Counted from the stretch's first letter, positions 9,101 through 17,659 are shown. The stretch is 30,341 nt of DNA from Steroidobacteraceae bacterium (GCA_036394255.1 DASWFL010000048.1:1-30341); one strand, 5' to 3'. A program made the numbers and translations. The notes: generated from the sequence alone by a model not told the origin.

Positions 9101-9233
9101 CAGCCTTGCCGCGCAAAGTGGCATCGGCCGTCTGCGACCAGACGATCGAGGGTACGAAGGCTGTCGACGCCAGTGCCGTCGCAAACACCGACCCGTACAG
9201 TTTCTTCTTGCTGTTGCGATACCGCTTCTTCAT
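6102..9233 (-). CDS. TonB-dependent receptor with N-terminal carboxypeptidase-regulatory-like domain (Oar-like)
   Basis: 1043 aa with signal peptide, N-terminal GATRRTTASADGSYALAGLPSGTYRV domain, TonB-box-like LEEVIVRAT, barrel motifs YFQDDWAVNQHLTLNLGVRYD and FAPRFGFSYD-like EIAPRFGFSYD, and C-terminal aromatic GFRW. RBS AAGGA. Confidence 0.95.
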   Translation of the reverse strand: MKKRYRNSKKKLYGSVFATALASTAFVPSIVWSQTADATLRGKAAANSQVTAKNVATGATRRTTASADGSYALAGLPSGTYRVDAGPGTEQTVTLSVASTATLDLVPGGAEAGPAETLEEVIVRATRLVEVKTSEIGATVSLHQIETTPQITRNFLEFADTVPGMVFSVDKQGNTSIQSGAQANSSVNVFIDGVGQKNYVKTGGISGQSGPNGNGDPGNPFPQLAIGEYKVITSNYKAEYDQISSAAITAQTKSGTNTLHGELFGDYSNESLRAATPSEDAAGGNKVKSANTEYGIAVGGPIIMDAMHYFVTWEHKDFSLPTTVNPDGSLTGIPLATLLPAGVFSQFGPSTSPFKENLYFGKVDWEPSDRDRIELSTKLRRESEIQGGSGNVAVSAGFNYKNEDTRVNLRWQHSADRWVNELMALYERTVDLPSPLNGNPGITYTYFGGGTSTFRQDIITINGADPRQYTDKHQDGYGIQDDLTFSNLHWNGEHTLKMGVKYKGLQLVARDGSAAAKYWYAVDPAGTQATPFQVVFGKASFGLPLTAKSDNKQYGVYFQDDWAVNQHLTLNLGVRYDYEVTPSFEKYKTIARILTALAQPYPDPGVAANPANQLPRPTPGETYADALALGGININDYISTGSNRKTPAGEIAPRFGFSYDVNADEKHVVFGGIGRAYDRNLFDKLQLETSKNALSEPTINFTGGKYSFNSCVVPGGPTALPPGDANGTTCLDWLPIYLDAASLTNLGAPGGEANMFPNNLKVPYSDQFSIGMRNKLGDWNTSITLSQINSFEGLLGVLGNRYADGSFAARGCGLDWGGSPAQWCSAGLPGLQSNLVLWENGQRTRTGELLVSAEKPYTRESHWGATFAYTYTNATQNRLVSDGYGFDLPHIRDYPFTLSSVVARQRLVATGTRDGPWGLVFAGKMTLSTPIPVTRIAGCSQFGVPNGTSCNAFGTNAFPVAGVPAQTFFGYQSFDMQITKNFQLPGDMTGYVRLDVLNLFNAQNFDSSDNSIPYNYPNPPTYNPTGSILGVTRTLKATVGFRW

Positions 9234-9328
9234 AAAATTCCTTCCCTGGTGACCGGCTTCTTGGAATCAATGGATCTGGGAGCGTGTGAGTTGGATGCTC
9301 GTCCCGTGAATTCGAAATTCGGTGGTGG

Positions 9329-10351
9329 CTAGTCAGTCCCGCGCCGGGCGCTCCGCGCAGCGCCTCCGCAGGAGGCACGTACCACGAGCTGCGTTCCCAG
9401 CGTGCGCTTCATGCAGCTCACGGTGTCGGGCGCTTCGATGGCGCGCGCCAGTTCTTCCAGCGCCTGGCGGCCGAGTTCCGTCGTCTGGGCCCGTACGGTC
9501 GTCAGCGGCGGCGTGACAAAGCGTGCGATCGGTATGTCATCGAAGCCGGCGAGCGCGATGTCCTCCGGGACACGGATCCCGGCCTCGGTGAGCGCAAACA
9601 GGCAGCCGATGGCCATCACGTCGTTGGCGGCAAAGACGGCGTCCGGGCGCGGCGTGACCAGCGCGAGCTGCCGCCCGGCGAGATAACCCGATTCCTCGGT
9701 GAAGGCACCCGGCAGCACCAGCGCCTTGGCGGCCCGCAGCGGTCCGAGCGCCGCCCGGAAGCCCCGCAGCCGTTCGGCGGACTCGTAGTTGCCTTCCGGA
9801 CCGGTGATGTGCGCGATGTTCCCGTAACCCAGGCCACGCAGATGTTCGACCATGGCCTTGGCGCCGCCGTAGTCGTCGATCATGAAGGCGGGCGCGCGGG
9901 CCGTATCATCGGGCGTGTTCAGCAGCACGGTAGGGAGCGCGGCTGGCAGGGCATTGCCGAGCAGCTGCGCATCGACATAGGGCGACATGACCAGCACGCC
10001 GTCGACGCGTCCGCTCATGGACCGCAGGGCCAGGGACGCCTCCGTGGCATCGCCGTGGGAACTCGTGACCAGCAGGTGCAGCCCGCGCAGGCGTGCGGCG
10101 CGGTCGATGCCGCGAATCAGCTCCGAAAAGTACTCGCCGTAAATATCCGGCAGGAGCACACCGATGGTATTGGTACGCCGCGTGATCAGGCTACGGGCGA
10201 CACCGTGTGGCGTATAACGCAGTTGCCGCGCGGCGCGTTCCACGCGCAGGCGTGTCTTTTCGGTGACAATGCCCGTGCCATGCAGGGCCCGGGAAACGGA
10301 GGCGATAGAGACCCTGGCACGTAGTGCCACGTCTTTGATGGTCACCGCCAT
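9329..10351 (-). CDS. LacI-family transcriptional regulator
   Basis: HTH VTIKDVALRARVSIASVSRAL, hinge ARSLITRRTNTIG, sugar-binding domain with FAANDVMAIG and PPLTTV. GGAGG RBS before the ATG at 10351. Confidence 0.96.
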   Translation of the reverse strand: MAVTIKDVALRARVSIASVSRALHGTGIVTEKTRLRVERAARQLRYTPHGVARSLITRRTNTIGVLLPDIYGEYFSELIRGIDRAARLRGLHLLVTSSHGDATEASLALRSMSGRVDGVLVMSPYVDAQLLGNALPAALPTVLLNTPDDTARAPAFMIDDYGGAKAMVEHLRGLGYGNIAHITGPEGNYESAERLRGFRAALGPLRAAKALVLPGAFTEESGYLAGRQLALVTPRPDAVFAANDVMAIGCLFALTEAGIRVPEDIALAGFDDIPIARFVTPPLTTVRAQTTELGRQALEELARAIEAPDTVSCMKRTLGTQLVVRASCGGAARSARRGTD

Positions 10352-10384
10352 GGCCCCTCCCATGGTACCCCCATTTTCTTAGAA

Positions 10385-10396
10385 GAAAACGTTTTC
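10385..10396. promoter_or_regulatory. LacI-type operator 1 (GAAAACGTTTTC)
   Basis: Perfect 12-bp palindrome with a central CG, matching the LacI/GalR-family operator architecture, 34 nt upstream of the lacI start. Confidence 0.8.
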
Positions 10397-10406
10397 CAGT
10401 CAGCTG

Positions 10407-10418
10407 GTAAACGTTTTC
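10407..10418. promoter_or_regulatory. LacI-type operator 2 (GTAAACGTTTTC)
   Basis: 11/12 match to operator 1. The centres are 22 bp apart and this site overlaps the predicted transcription start. Confidence 0.75.
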
Positions 10419-10421
10419 GGG

Positions 10422-10451
10422 ATTTTAGTTACAAGCACGCAAAGCTGTCAA
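10422..10451 (-). promoter_or_regulatory. Sigma70 promoter for lacI (and probably the TBDR)
   Basis: Minus strand TTGACA (10451-10446), 18-nt spacer, TAAAAT (10427-10422), in an AT-rich patch directly upstream of the operators. Confidence 0.75.
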
Positions 10452-10625
10452 TGCGTGCCGGCCGGACGAGGCTCCCGGGTCCCGCTCAACGGCGTGGCTC
10501 AGCGCCGCCGCCCTGGCCCCAGCCTGACGAGCGGCAGGCGCCAGTGTGGCGCTCTGCCTGCGCCACGAGGACCTGTTGCTTGCCGCACACACATCGCGGC
10601 AACCCGACGGGTCGCGTCGGCGTCA

Positions 10626-10647
10626 GCCAGCGGTGGCAACCGCTGGC
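10626..10647. terminator. GC-rich hairpin immediately after the GH39 stop (possible terminator or mRNA stabiliser)
   Basis: 9-bp perfect stem GCCAGCGGT / ACCGCTGGC with a 4-nt loop, but no U-tract. Confidence 0.35.
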
Positions 10648-10648
10648 G

Positions 10649-12217
10649 TCAACGGACCTCAACGATCGCGAGGCCCTGCGAGGGGACCTGCAGGCTGAGT
10701 TTGCCACCGCTCAGCGCCACGCTCTCCGGCGGTGCCAGCCTCGCCGCTGCACGCAGCTGTGTCAGCTGTTTGCGGCTGGGAAAGGCAGGCCGGCCCATGG
10801 AATCAAAGGCCTTGATGACGTTGCCGTGGTCCCGGTCCAGGCGCCAGACCCTGGCATGCGCGTTCTGGCCCACGCCCTTGAAGTCGAGCGCAAAGCTCTT
10901 GACGGGGCCGGGCGCACCGGGGGCGGTGTATTTATCGCCCGTGCCATCCGGCGGCGCATAGTTCCACAGGGCCAGAATCAGGGTGCCGTCCTTGCGGCGC
11001 GTGACCAGCGCCGAATCGGCGGCCGATGGCAGGCGGACGTCTCCCAGCTGGTGCAGCAGGGCAAAGGCGTTGTAGGCCGGCTTCGGGATATCGTCCTCGG
11101 CGACGAGGCCAAATCCGCCATAGAACGGTGTCTTGACGACGCCCTGCTCCTCGAAGACGTCGGAGAACGACCAGTAGCTCATCGCCTCGGTCAGGCCGTC
11201 GCATTGGGCGATCGTCGTCGCGAGCCACGGCCCCATGTAGATGCTGTCCGTGACGTTCGGCTCGTTCATGAAGCTGGCGTTGTACTCGGAGAAAATGAGC
11301 GGGAGCGAGGGCATCGGGGAGGCCGCGATCTCCTCATGCACCTTGCGCACGGCGCGGCAGACCATCTGGTCGCGGGGCACCGGCACGTCGTTCTGGAATA
11401 CATCCTGCGACAAGTCGTTGGCATAGACGTGCGAGGACACAAAATCGACCGGCACGTTGTTCTGCCGGCAGTGCGCGATGAAATTCCCGGCCCAGGCCGC
11501 CTGCGCCGTGGAGGGCCCGCCCACCCGCAGGCGTGCATTCACCTGCTTGAGCGCCCGGGCGGTGTGGTCGTAGAGCTCGTAGTACGTGGACTGGTAGGGC
11601 TTGCCGCCCCAGAAGCCGATGTTGGGTTCGTTCCAGACCTCGAAGTACCACTGCGCGACCTCGTCGATCCCGTAACGCTCGATCAGGTGCCGCGCGAAGA
11701 CGTCCATCAGTGCATCCCACTTCGCATAGTCCTTCGGCGGCGAATTGTTGGGCTTGTACCAGAACCCGAAGATGCCATTCGGATCGCTGGCAAGCTTCTG
11801 GGGCATGAAGCTGAGTTCGACGAAGGGACGAACACCATCGGCCAGCAGCCCGTCGTAGATCTGGTCCACATAGGAGAAGTTGTAGAGCGCCTTGCCGGTG
11901 GCGTCTTCGTCATACAGGCCGATTTCGTCGTGAAAAATGGCATGAAAGCGCACGTAGCGGAAGTCCGCCACGGCCTTGACCAGCCGCACATCCTTGCGGT
12001 AGTTGTCGCGCAGCGCGAGCACCGCGCGCCCCGAGCCGAACATCTGCTCCCAGAAATGCGGCAACGGCTTGCCGGCCGCGTGCACATCGACGCTGATCGC
12101 CACTGGAGCGGGGCCCTGCGCAGCTGCGGCGGGCGCAGCGGCGGACGGCGTGGCGCCAGCAAGCAGGGCGACCGTGGCCACGGCCACGACGGACAGGTGC
12201 GAAGTGTTGGTTTTCAT
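10649..12217 (-). CDS. GH39 family glycoside hydrolase (beta-xylosidase-like), secreted/periplasmic
   Basis: Signal peptide MKTNTSHLSVVAVATVALLA, FRYVRFHAIFHD, PFVELSFMP, acid/base WNEP, nucleophile region FSEYN, YWSFSDVFEE, GGFGL. Confidence 0.9.
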   Translation of the reverse strand: MKTNTSHLSVVAVATVALLAGATPSAAAPAAAAQGPAPVAISVDVHAAGKPLPHFWEQMFGSGRAVLALRDNYRKDVRLVKAVADFRYVRFHAIFHDEIGLYDEDATGKALYNFSYVDQIYDGLLADGVRPFVELSFMPQKLASDPNGIFGFWYKPNNSPPKDYAKWDALMDVFARHLIERYGIDEVAQWYFEVWNEPNIGFWGGKPYQSTYYELYDHTARALKQVNARLRVGGPSTAQAAWAGNFIAHCRQNNVPVDFVSSHVYANDLSQDVFQNDVPVPRDQMVCRAVRKVHEEIAASPMPSLPLIFSEYNASFMNEPNVTDSIYMGPWLATTIAQCDGLTEAMSYWSFSDVFEEQGVVKTPFYGGFGLVAEDDIPKPAYNAFALLHQLGDVRLPSAADSALVTRRKDGTLILALWNYAPPDGTGDKYTAPGAPGPVKSFALDFKGVGQNAHARVWRLDRDHGNVIKAFDSMGRPAFPSRKQLTQLRAAARLAPPESVALSGGKLSLQVPSQGLAIVEVR

Positions 12218-12240
12218 GGTCGGTCGAGCTCCTGGCATGA

Positions 12241-14157
12241 TCACGGGTGCAGGCAGGCAATCTGGCAGATGGCGTGGGCGACGTAGCCGGCGGCGGTGGC
12301 GAAGGCCCGGCCGGCCTGGTCCATCCGCGCGGTGTCTGGATCGATTCCCTCGGAGACGATGCCGCCGTCCCAAGGGCTGGCCAGCAGGATGGCCAGCGCG
12401 CGCTCGCGCGAGCGCTTGAGCAGCAGCTCGTCGGCCAGCATCCACGAGGTGGTGAATTCCAGGCGGTAGCTGCCGGGCAGGCCGTAGCGCCTGGTGGAAT
12501 AGGAGTACTTGTAATGCGGTGAATGCAGCCAGTCGTAGGTCTGCGCGAACCGTGGATCCTCTTCGGCCATAAATCCCAGGGCCGGCAATTTCATCAGCGA
12601 GCCGGGCGGAATCTCGGTCTCGACGTACTGCGTACCGTCCGTCGCCGAAGCAAATATGGGTCCGGCCGCGCCGGGTGCCGCGCTGGTCATCATGTGCGCC
12701 AGTATCGCTTCGTGCAGGCGGCGGGCCCGCCCACTCATCGCGGCGGCGCTCGCCGGATCCTTCAGCGCCTGAAACAGCGTCGCCAGATCGGTGAGTGCGC
12801 GCCAGCTCAGTGCGTTGTCGTAGGTGAGGAAAGGCAGTTTCTGGAATTCATCCTGCGAATCCTGCAGCGAGGAGTAGAGCCCGAGCGTCGCGTCGTAGCG
12901 GCCGAGCAGGCGATCACGCAATAACACGAGGGCGTCGCGATGCGCCGCCACGAAGGCCTGGTCCCGGGTGACGCGCAGGTACGAGGCCAGTGCCAGTATC
13001 GGGGCGACGGCCTCATCGAGCTGGAAGCCATCCTCCAGCACGACCCCATCGATGAAGCGGCTGTGGGTGCCGGTGTTGCGCAGCTGGGTGGTCAGCGCGT
13101 AATCGAGGGCGTCGCGCGCCAGCTGCGGATCGATGTCCAGGAGCCCGGGGAAGCTCCACAGCATGGCGTCGCGATCCCAGTAAGCCGCCGAGACGTAGTA
13201 GCGCGGGCTGCGTGAAGTCACGCCGACCAGCTGCTCCGTATCGAGGGTGCGGCCCCAGGCGTAGAGCGCCGTAAACAGGAAATTACGGTTCATGAGCTGG
13301 TCGAGATCATCGCGCCCCGTGCTGCGGGTGCGGGCATGACACCAGGCCGCGGCCTGATCGAGGATCGCCTCCGACCCGGAGCGATCGAGCATTTCCCGGA
13401 GCGAGCGGGCGTTGTGCGCGGCGCTGAATTCCTCGACGCCGACGGCCAGCACGAACAGCGCTTCGACCGACTCCCCCGGCTGCAGGAGAGCGGTGCGCGC
13501 GGCGTCCAGTTCCGGGGAGACCGATGTCGGCGGCTGGCCGACCACCGCCTTCGAGCCCGGATGGACCAGCGCCCAGGAAAATTGGGTGTCGCTGGTGATG
13601 TAGCTGAATACTTCGCCGGGATCGACCCAGGGCGTGGGGCCCACCGTGCGCTCGCCGCGGAGCGTCACCGGCAGGTAGGTGATGCGGCTCAGGGCCCCAA
13701 AGGAAGCCTTCACCCCCAAGCTGACCGGCACCGGATCGCTCCGGTGGTTGCTCATCGTCAGCCGGATGAAGGCGGCGCGGTAGCCGCTCGGTGCGCAATA
13801 GGTGAGCGTGAGGTCCAGCCCATCGACGCTCTGGTGCGCCTGGGGGATCCAGTACTCCAGCAGCTCCCAGGACAGGTTGCGCACCTCCAGCCTCTTGCCG
13901 CTCACCTGGAAATAGGGTTCGAGCACGGGCCGGGCGGACTCGCCGCTGGCCTGCAGCAGGCCACGATCGCGCATCGAGAGGGCGTTGAAGGTGCTCAGGG
14001 CGCCGTCGGCGGCGCGGATATCCGGGAGCGCCAGCCACTCGTTGCCCGTGGCGATGACATCGTCGGGCCGCAGTGTCAGGGCCGTACGGTGCGGGGAGTC
14101 AGCGGCCTGCACGGCCACGTGACACAGGCAGGTCAACAGGAGAAACTTCCAGCGCAT
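12241..14157 (-). CDS. Uncharacterised (alpha/alpha)6-barrel glycoside hydrolase, GH125/GH15-like
   Basis: Likely start MRWKFLLL with a signal peptide. The segments TSRSPRYYVSAAYWDRDAMLWSFP, GFQLDE, QDSQDE..KLPFLTYDN and W.GGIVSEGID fit a six-hairpin glycosidase. The exact family is uncertain. Confidence 0.6.
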   Translation of the reverse strand: MRWKFLLLTCLCHVAVQAADSPHRTALTLRPDDVIATGNEWLALPDIRAADGALSTFNALSMRDRGLLQASGESARPVLEPYFQVSGKRLEVRNLSWELLEYWIPQAHQSVDGLDLTLTYCAPSGYRAAFIRLTMSNHRSDPVPVSLGVKASFGALSRITYLPVTLRGERTVGPTPWVDPGEVFSYITSDTQFSWALVHPGSKAVVGQPPTSVSPELDAARTALLQPGESVEALFVLAVGVEEFSAAHNARSLREMLDRSGSEAILDQAAAWCHARTRSTGRDDLDQLMNRNFLFTALYAWGRTLDTEQLVGVTSRSPRYYVSAAYWDRDAMLWSFPGLLDIDPQLARDALDYALTTQLRNTGTHSRFIDGVVLEDGFQLDEAVAPILALASYLRVTRDQAFVAAHRDALVLLRDRLLGRYDATLGLYSSLQDSQDEFQKLPFLTYDNALSWRALTDLATLFQALKDPASAAAMSGRARRLHEAILAHMMTSAAPGAAGPIFASATDGTQYVETEIPPGSLMKLPALGFMAEEDPRFAQTYDWLHSPHYKYSYSTRRYGLPGSYRLEFTTSWMLADELLLKRSRERALAILLASPWDGGIVSEGIDPDTARMDQAGRAFATAAGYVAHAICQIACLHP

Positions 14158-14246
14158 GCAACCCGCTCTTCTTCGCCCCGAGCAATTATGGCAGCTTGGG
14201 TTTACATTGCCCGTTTTCATGGACCCACTTAGGGCAAGGGACACTG

Positions 14247-16763
14247 ATGCGCAGTCGTAACCTTGGAGCCCGCAGCACCCTGGCGCTGCTCCTGAGCCTG
14301 GGGCCGCCGTCCAGCACTGCGTGCGCCGATGCGGACGAGCATGGGCCGGCCGCGGGCGAGGCCGCCGTCAGCGTGCGCAGCGATGGTGCCGATGTGCAGC
14401 ATGGCACCCTGCGCATGAGCATCGACGCCCTGGGCGATGACCTGTTGCGCGTGCGCATTGCACCCGCCGGTGTCTATCCCGAGGACGCCTCCTGGGTCGT
14501 ACCGGCGGCGCTGCGCGCCCACCGGGTGAGCGTGCAAGCCTGGACGGATGCGAAGGCTGCGGGTTTCCGCACCACCGCACTGCAGGTCCAGATCGAGCGC
14601 AGGCCCCTGCGGCTGGTGGTTTCGAATCTGCAGGGGCAGATCCTGTCGGAGGATGCGCTCCAGGAGGCCTTCGAACTGCACGGCCACGCCTTTACGCTGC
14701 ACAAGCGTGTGCCGGTGACGGAGCATTATTTCGGGCTCGGTGACAAGACCGGTCCGCTGGATCGCCGTGGCGAAGCCTTCGTCAACTGGGACACGGATGC
14801 CTTCGGATTCCAGGAATCGACCGATCCGATCTACAAGAGCATTCCGTTTTTCGTGGCGAGCGGCGGTGCCGCGGGCAGTTACGGCATCTATCTGGATAAT
14901 TCCTGGCGGAGCTGGTTCGACTTCGGCCGGCAGAATTCCGAAATCCTCTCCTTCGGTGCCGAGGACGGTCCGATTGACTACTACCTGATCTACGGACCGA
15001 CGCTGAAGCGCGTGGTCCAGCGCTACACGGACCTGAGCGGCAGGGCGCCGCTCGCGCCGCTGTGGGGGCTCGGCTTCCAGCAGTCGCGCTACAGCTATAT
15101 GAGCGCCGCGGAAGTGCGCGGCATTGCCAAGCGGATGCGCGCCGAGCGCATCCCGGCGGACGTGATCTGGATGGACATCGATTACCAGGACCGCAACCGT
15201 CCCTTCACCACGAACCCGGTGACCTTCCCGGACCTGCCCGGGCTCGTGCGCGAGGTGCGGCGCCAAGGCATTCGGCTCGTCGCCATCACCGACCTGCATA
15301 TCGCGGACGTGCCCGGCCAGGGCTACGAGCCTTATGAGAGCGGCGCTGCGGGCGATCACTTTCTCAGGCGGGCCGACGGCTCGACCTATGTCGGCACCGT
15401 CTGGCCCGGACTGTCCGTGTTCCCGGAATTCACCGCGAGCCGCACGCGCGAGTGGTGGGGCGGGTTGTACAGCAAGTTCATGGCCGCGGGCATCGTCGGC
15501 TTCTGGAACGACATGAACGAGCCGGCCATCTTTCTCACGGCCAGCAAGACGATGCCGCCGGATGTCCGCCATCGCATCGAGGAACCGGGATTCGCTGCGC
15601 GCACCGCGACGCATGCCGAGATCCACAACATCTACGGCATGGAGAATTCCCGCGCGACCTTCGATGGCATGCGCCGCCTGGCGCCCGACGAGCGCCCCTT
15701 CGTCATGACCCGCGCCAGTTTTGCCGGCGGCCAGCGCTACGCAGTGACCTGGACGGGAGACAACAGCTCCACCTGGAATCATCTGAAGCTGTCCATCTCG
15801 ATGCTGCTCAATCTGGGCCTGAGTGGCTTCAGCTACAGCGGCGCCGATGTCGGCGGCTTCAAGGGCGCGCCCAGCGCAGACCTGCTGACGCGCTGGATGG
15901 AGATTGCCGCCTTCACGCCGGTGTTCCGTGCGCACTCGGCCAATGACTCGACCCGCAGGGAGCCGTGGATCGACGGCCCGCAGCACACGGCGATCCGCCG
16001 CCACTTCGTCGAGGAGCGCTATCGGCTGATGCCCTACATCTACGCGCTGGCCGACGAGAATGCGCGCACGGGCGCGCCGTTGATGCGGCCCGTGTTCTAC
16101 GACTATCCCGACGCCTTGCAGGGGCCCTGCGATCAGTCGAGCAGCTTCATGCTGGGAGACCGGCTGCTGGTCGCGCCACCGCCGAACTTCGAATCTCCCG
16201 CGGCCTACGACATCTGCCTGCCGGCGGGGCGCTGGTACGACTATTGGAGCGGCGCGCCGATCGATCACGCGAAGATCGTGAGTCCCCCCGGCGCGACCGG
16301 CCCTGCGGCGCAGATCGTCAGCGAGCGACCGTCGCTCGCGAGCCTGCCCGTATTTGTGCGCGCCGGTACGATCCTCCCGCGCCAGCCGCTCGTGCAGAGC
16401 ACGGCGCAGACGCCGCAGGGTCCGCTGTCACTGGAAGTCTATCCGGGCGATGACTGTCACGGCGTGCTCTATGCCGATGACGGACACAGCCTCGGCTACG
16501 AGCGCGGCGCCTACCTGCGCCAGGAGCTGCGTTGCAGCGCGAGCGCCGATGAACTGAAGATCATGTTCGAAGCACGGAGCGGAGACTTCCACCCCTGGTG
16601 GAAGCAGATGCAGATTCACGTCCATGGCTGGCACGGCGTTGCCAACGCGGCAATGGACGGGGGCACGGTCGCCACGCACGCGGACGCCAGGAGTCAGTTG
16701 CTGACGCTGACGATTGCCGATCAGTCCGCGCCTGCCGAACTGCTGATCCGTCACCACCCGTAG
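14247..16763 (+). CDS. GH31 alpha-glucosidase-family enzyme (N-terminal and C-terminal accessory domains)
   Basis: Start MRSRNLGAR with RBS AAGGGA and a signal peptide. IPADVIWMDIDYQD, nucleophile GFWNDMNEP, acid/base WTGDN, GADVGGF, YRLMPYIY. Confidence 0.93.
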   Translation: MRSRNLGARSTLALLLSLGPPSSTACADADEHGPAAGEAAVSVRSDGADVQHGTLRMSIDALGDDLLRVRIAPAGVYPEDASWVVPAALRAHRVSVQAWTDAKAAGFRTTALQVQIERRPLRLVVSNLQGQILSEDALQEAFELHGHAFTLHKRVPVTEHYFGLGDKTGPLDRRGEAFVNWDTDAFGFQESTDPIYKSIPFFVASGGAAGSYGIYLDNSWRSWFDFGRQNSEILSFGAEDGPIDYYLIYGPTLKRVVQRYTDLSGRAPLAPLWGLGFQQSRYSYMSAAEVRGIAKRMRAERIPADVIWMDIDYQDRNRPFTTNPVTFPDLPGLVREVRRQGIRLVAITDLHIADVPGQGYEPYESGAAGDHFLRRADGSTYVGTVWPGLSVFPEFTASRTREWWGGLYSKFMAAGIVGFWNDMNEPAIFLTASKTMPPDVRHRIEEPGFAARTATHAEIHNIYGMENSRATFDGMRRLAPDERPFVMTRASFAGGQRYAVTWTGDNSSTWNHLKLSISMLLNLGLSGFSYSGADVGGFKGAPSADLLTRWMEIAAFTPVFRAHSANDSTRREPWIDGPQHTAIRRHFVEERYRLMPYIYALADENARTGAPLMRPVFYDYPDALQGPCDQSSSFMLGDRLLVAPPPNFESPAAYDICLPAGRWYDYWSGAPIDHAKIVSPPGATGPAAQIVSERPSLASLPVFVRAGTILPRQPLVQSTAQTPQGPLSLEVYPGDDCHGVLYADDGHSLGYERGAYLRQELRCSASADELKIMFEARSGDFHPWWKQMQIHVHGWHGVANAAMDGGTVATHADARSQLLTLTIADQSAPAELLIRHHP

Positions 16764-16768
16764 CGGGT

Positions 16769-17659
16769 CTAGCGACTGCGCTGGGCGGTCGCCTCTGGTG
16801 CCGACAAATAGGCGTGCAACGCTGCGACTTCGTCGTCATGGAGGTACTTCAACCCGGACTGCGACATCTCCGTCATCAGCCCGAGTTTGCGCCCACCGAT
16901 GCCAATACCCGTCGACAGTAACGCCTTGAACTGGGCCAGCGAATAGGCGTGTACGATTCCAAACAGGTTCGGTGATTGCATTTCCTTATCGCCGTGCAGA
17001 TCGCCACCGTGACAGATCGCGCATGTCGATCCCGCCAAGTATCGGCCCAGCGCGCCCGCCTCTGTCGGGCGCGCACGCGGACCCAATTGGTTGCGATCGA
17101 CGTTGTCTGGCTCAAGGGAGATCATTCCGGTAACAAGCAGCGCACGCGCGAGCAACCCCAGGCTGGTGTCTTTCGCAGCGTCGGGATGGCGTTCAACAGT
17201 GCGCAGATAGGCGATGATCGCTGCGACATCAGCGTCGGCAAGCCTGACCAAAGCGTGGGATGGCATGAATACAAGGCCGGTCCCGTCGGATTTAACGCCG
17301 CCGCGCATAGCATGTTCAAGTTGGTCGTCCGTGTACTGGGGCACGACACGGGTAAGGTTGTGGCCAGATAACCGCCCAACGAAAAGTCGGTCAATGAAGA
17401 CGCGGCCTGCGAGATTATCGCCGTGACAGCCGAAGCAACCATTGACATGGGCGAGTCGCTCACCCTCCACGACCATCAATGGGGCGGGCGTCACGCGCAA
17501 CGCCGGGCCGACGACGGCATGGCGCGCGTTCAATTCCCAGGCGGAAACGCCGTAGATACCGGCGACAGCCACGACTGCGACGGCGGCGATGACACCGCCC
17601 GTAATCAAGGCGATCTTTCTGGCGAGACGAAGGCGCGGTGACAATGTGCTTGCCGGCAT
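16769..17659 (-). CDS. Membrane-anchored diheme c-type cytochrome
   Basis: N-terminal TM helix, two CxxCH motifs (CFGCH, CAICH), PNL/HNLT and MP ligand-type motifs. GC is lower than the flanking genes. Confidence 0.85.
   Translation of the reverse strand: MPASTLSPRLRLARKIALITGGVIAAVAVVAVAGIYGVSAWELNARHAVVGPALRVTPAPLMVVEGERLAHVNGCFGCHGDNLAGRVFIDRLFVGRLSGHNLTRVVPQYTDDQLEHAMRGGVKSDGTGLVFMPSHALVRLADADVAAIIAYLRTVERHPDAAKDTSLGLLARALLVTGMISLEPDNVDRNQLGPRARPTEAGALGRYLAGSTCAICHGGDLHGDKEMQSPNLFGIVHAYSLAQFKALLSTGIGIGGRKLGLMTEMSQSGLKYLHDDEVAALHAYLSAPEATAQRSR

Noticed and set aside
9308-9320. Short inverted repeat GAATT-N3-AATTC between lacI and the TBDR
   Set aside because: Only a 5-bp AT-rich stem. 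It does not match the operator and has no U-tract.
10451-12286. 611-aa plus-strand ORF antisense to GH39
   Set aside because: Antisense shadow with no recognisable domain.
14207-14219. Operator half-site CGTTTTCA in the divergent GH125-like/GH31 intergenic region
   Set aside because: Only the right half matches and the left half (TTGCC) does not, so it is insufficient to claim LacI control.
14229-16268. 679-aa minus-strand ORF antisense to GH31
   Set aside because: Antisense shadow with Arg/Ala/Gly-rich composition and no motifs.
16772-16792. Imperfect hairpin at the convergent GH31/cytochrome junction
   Set aside because: Lies inside the cytochrome coding end and has no U-tract on either strand, so it cannot be supported as a terminator.
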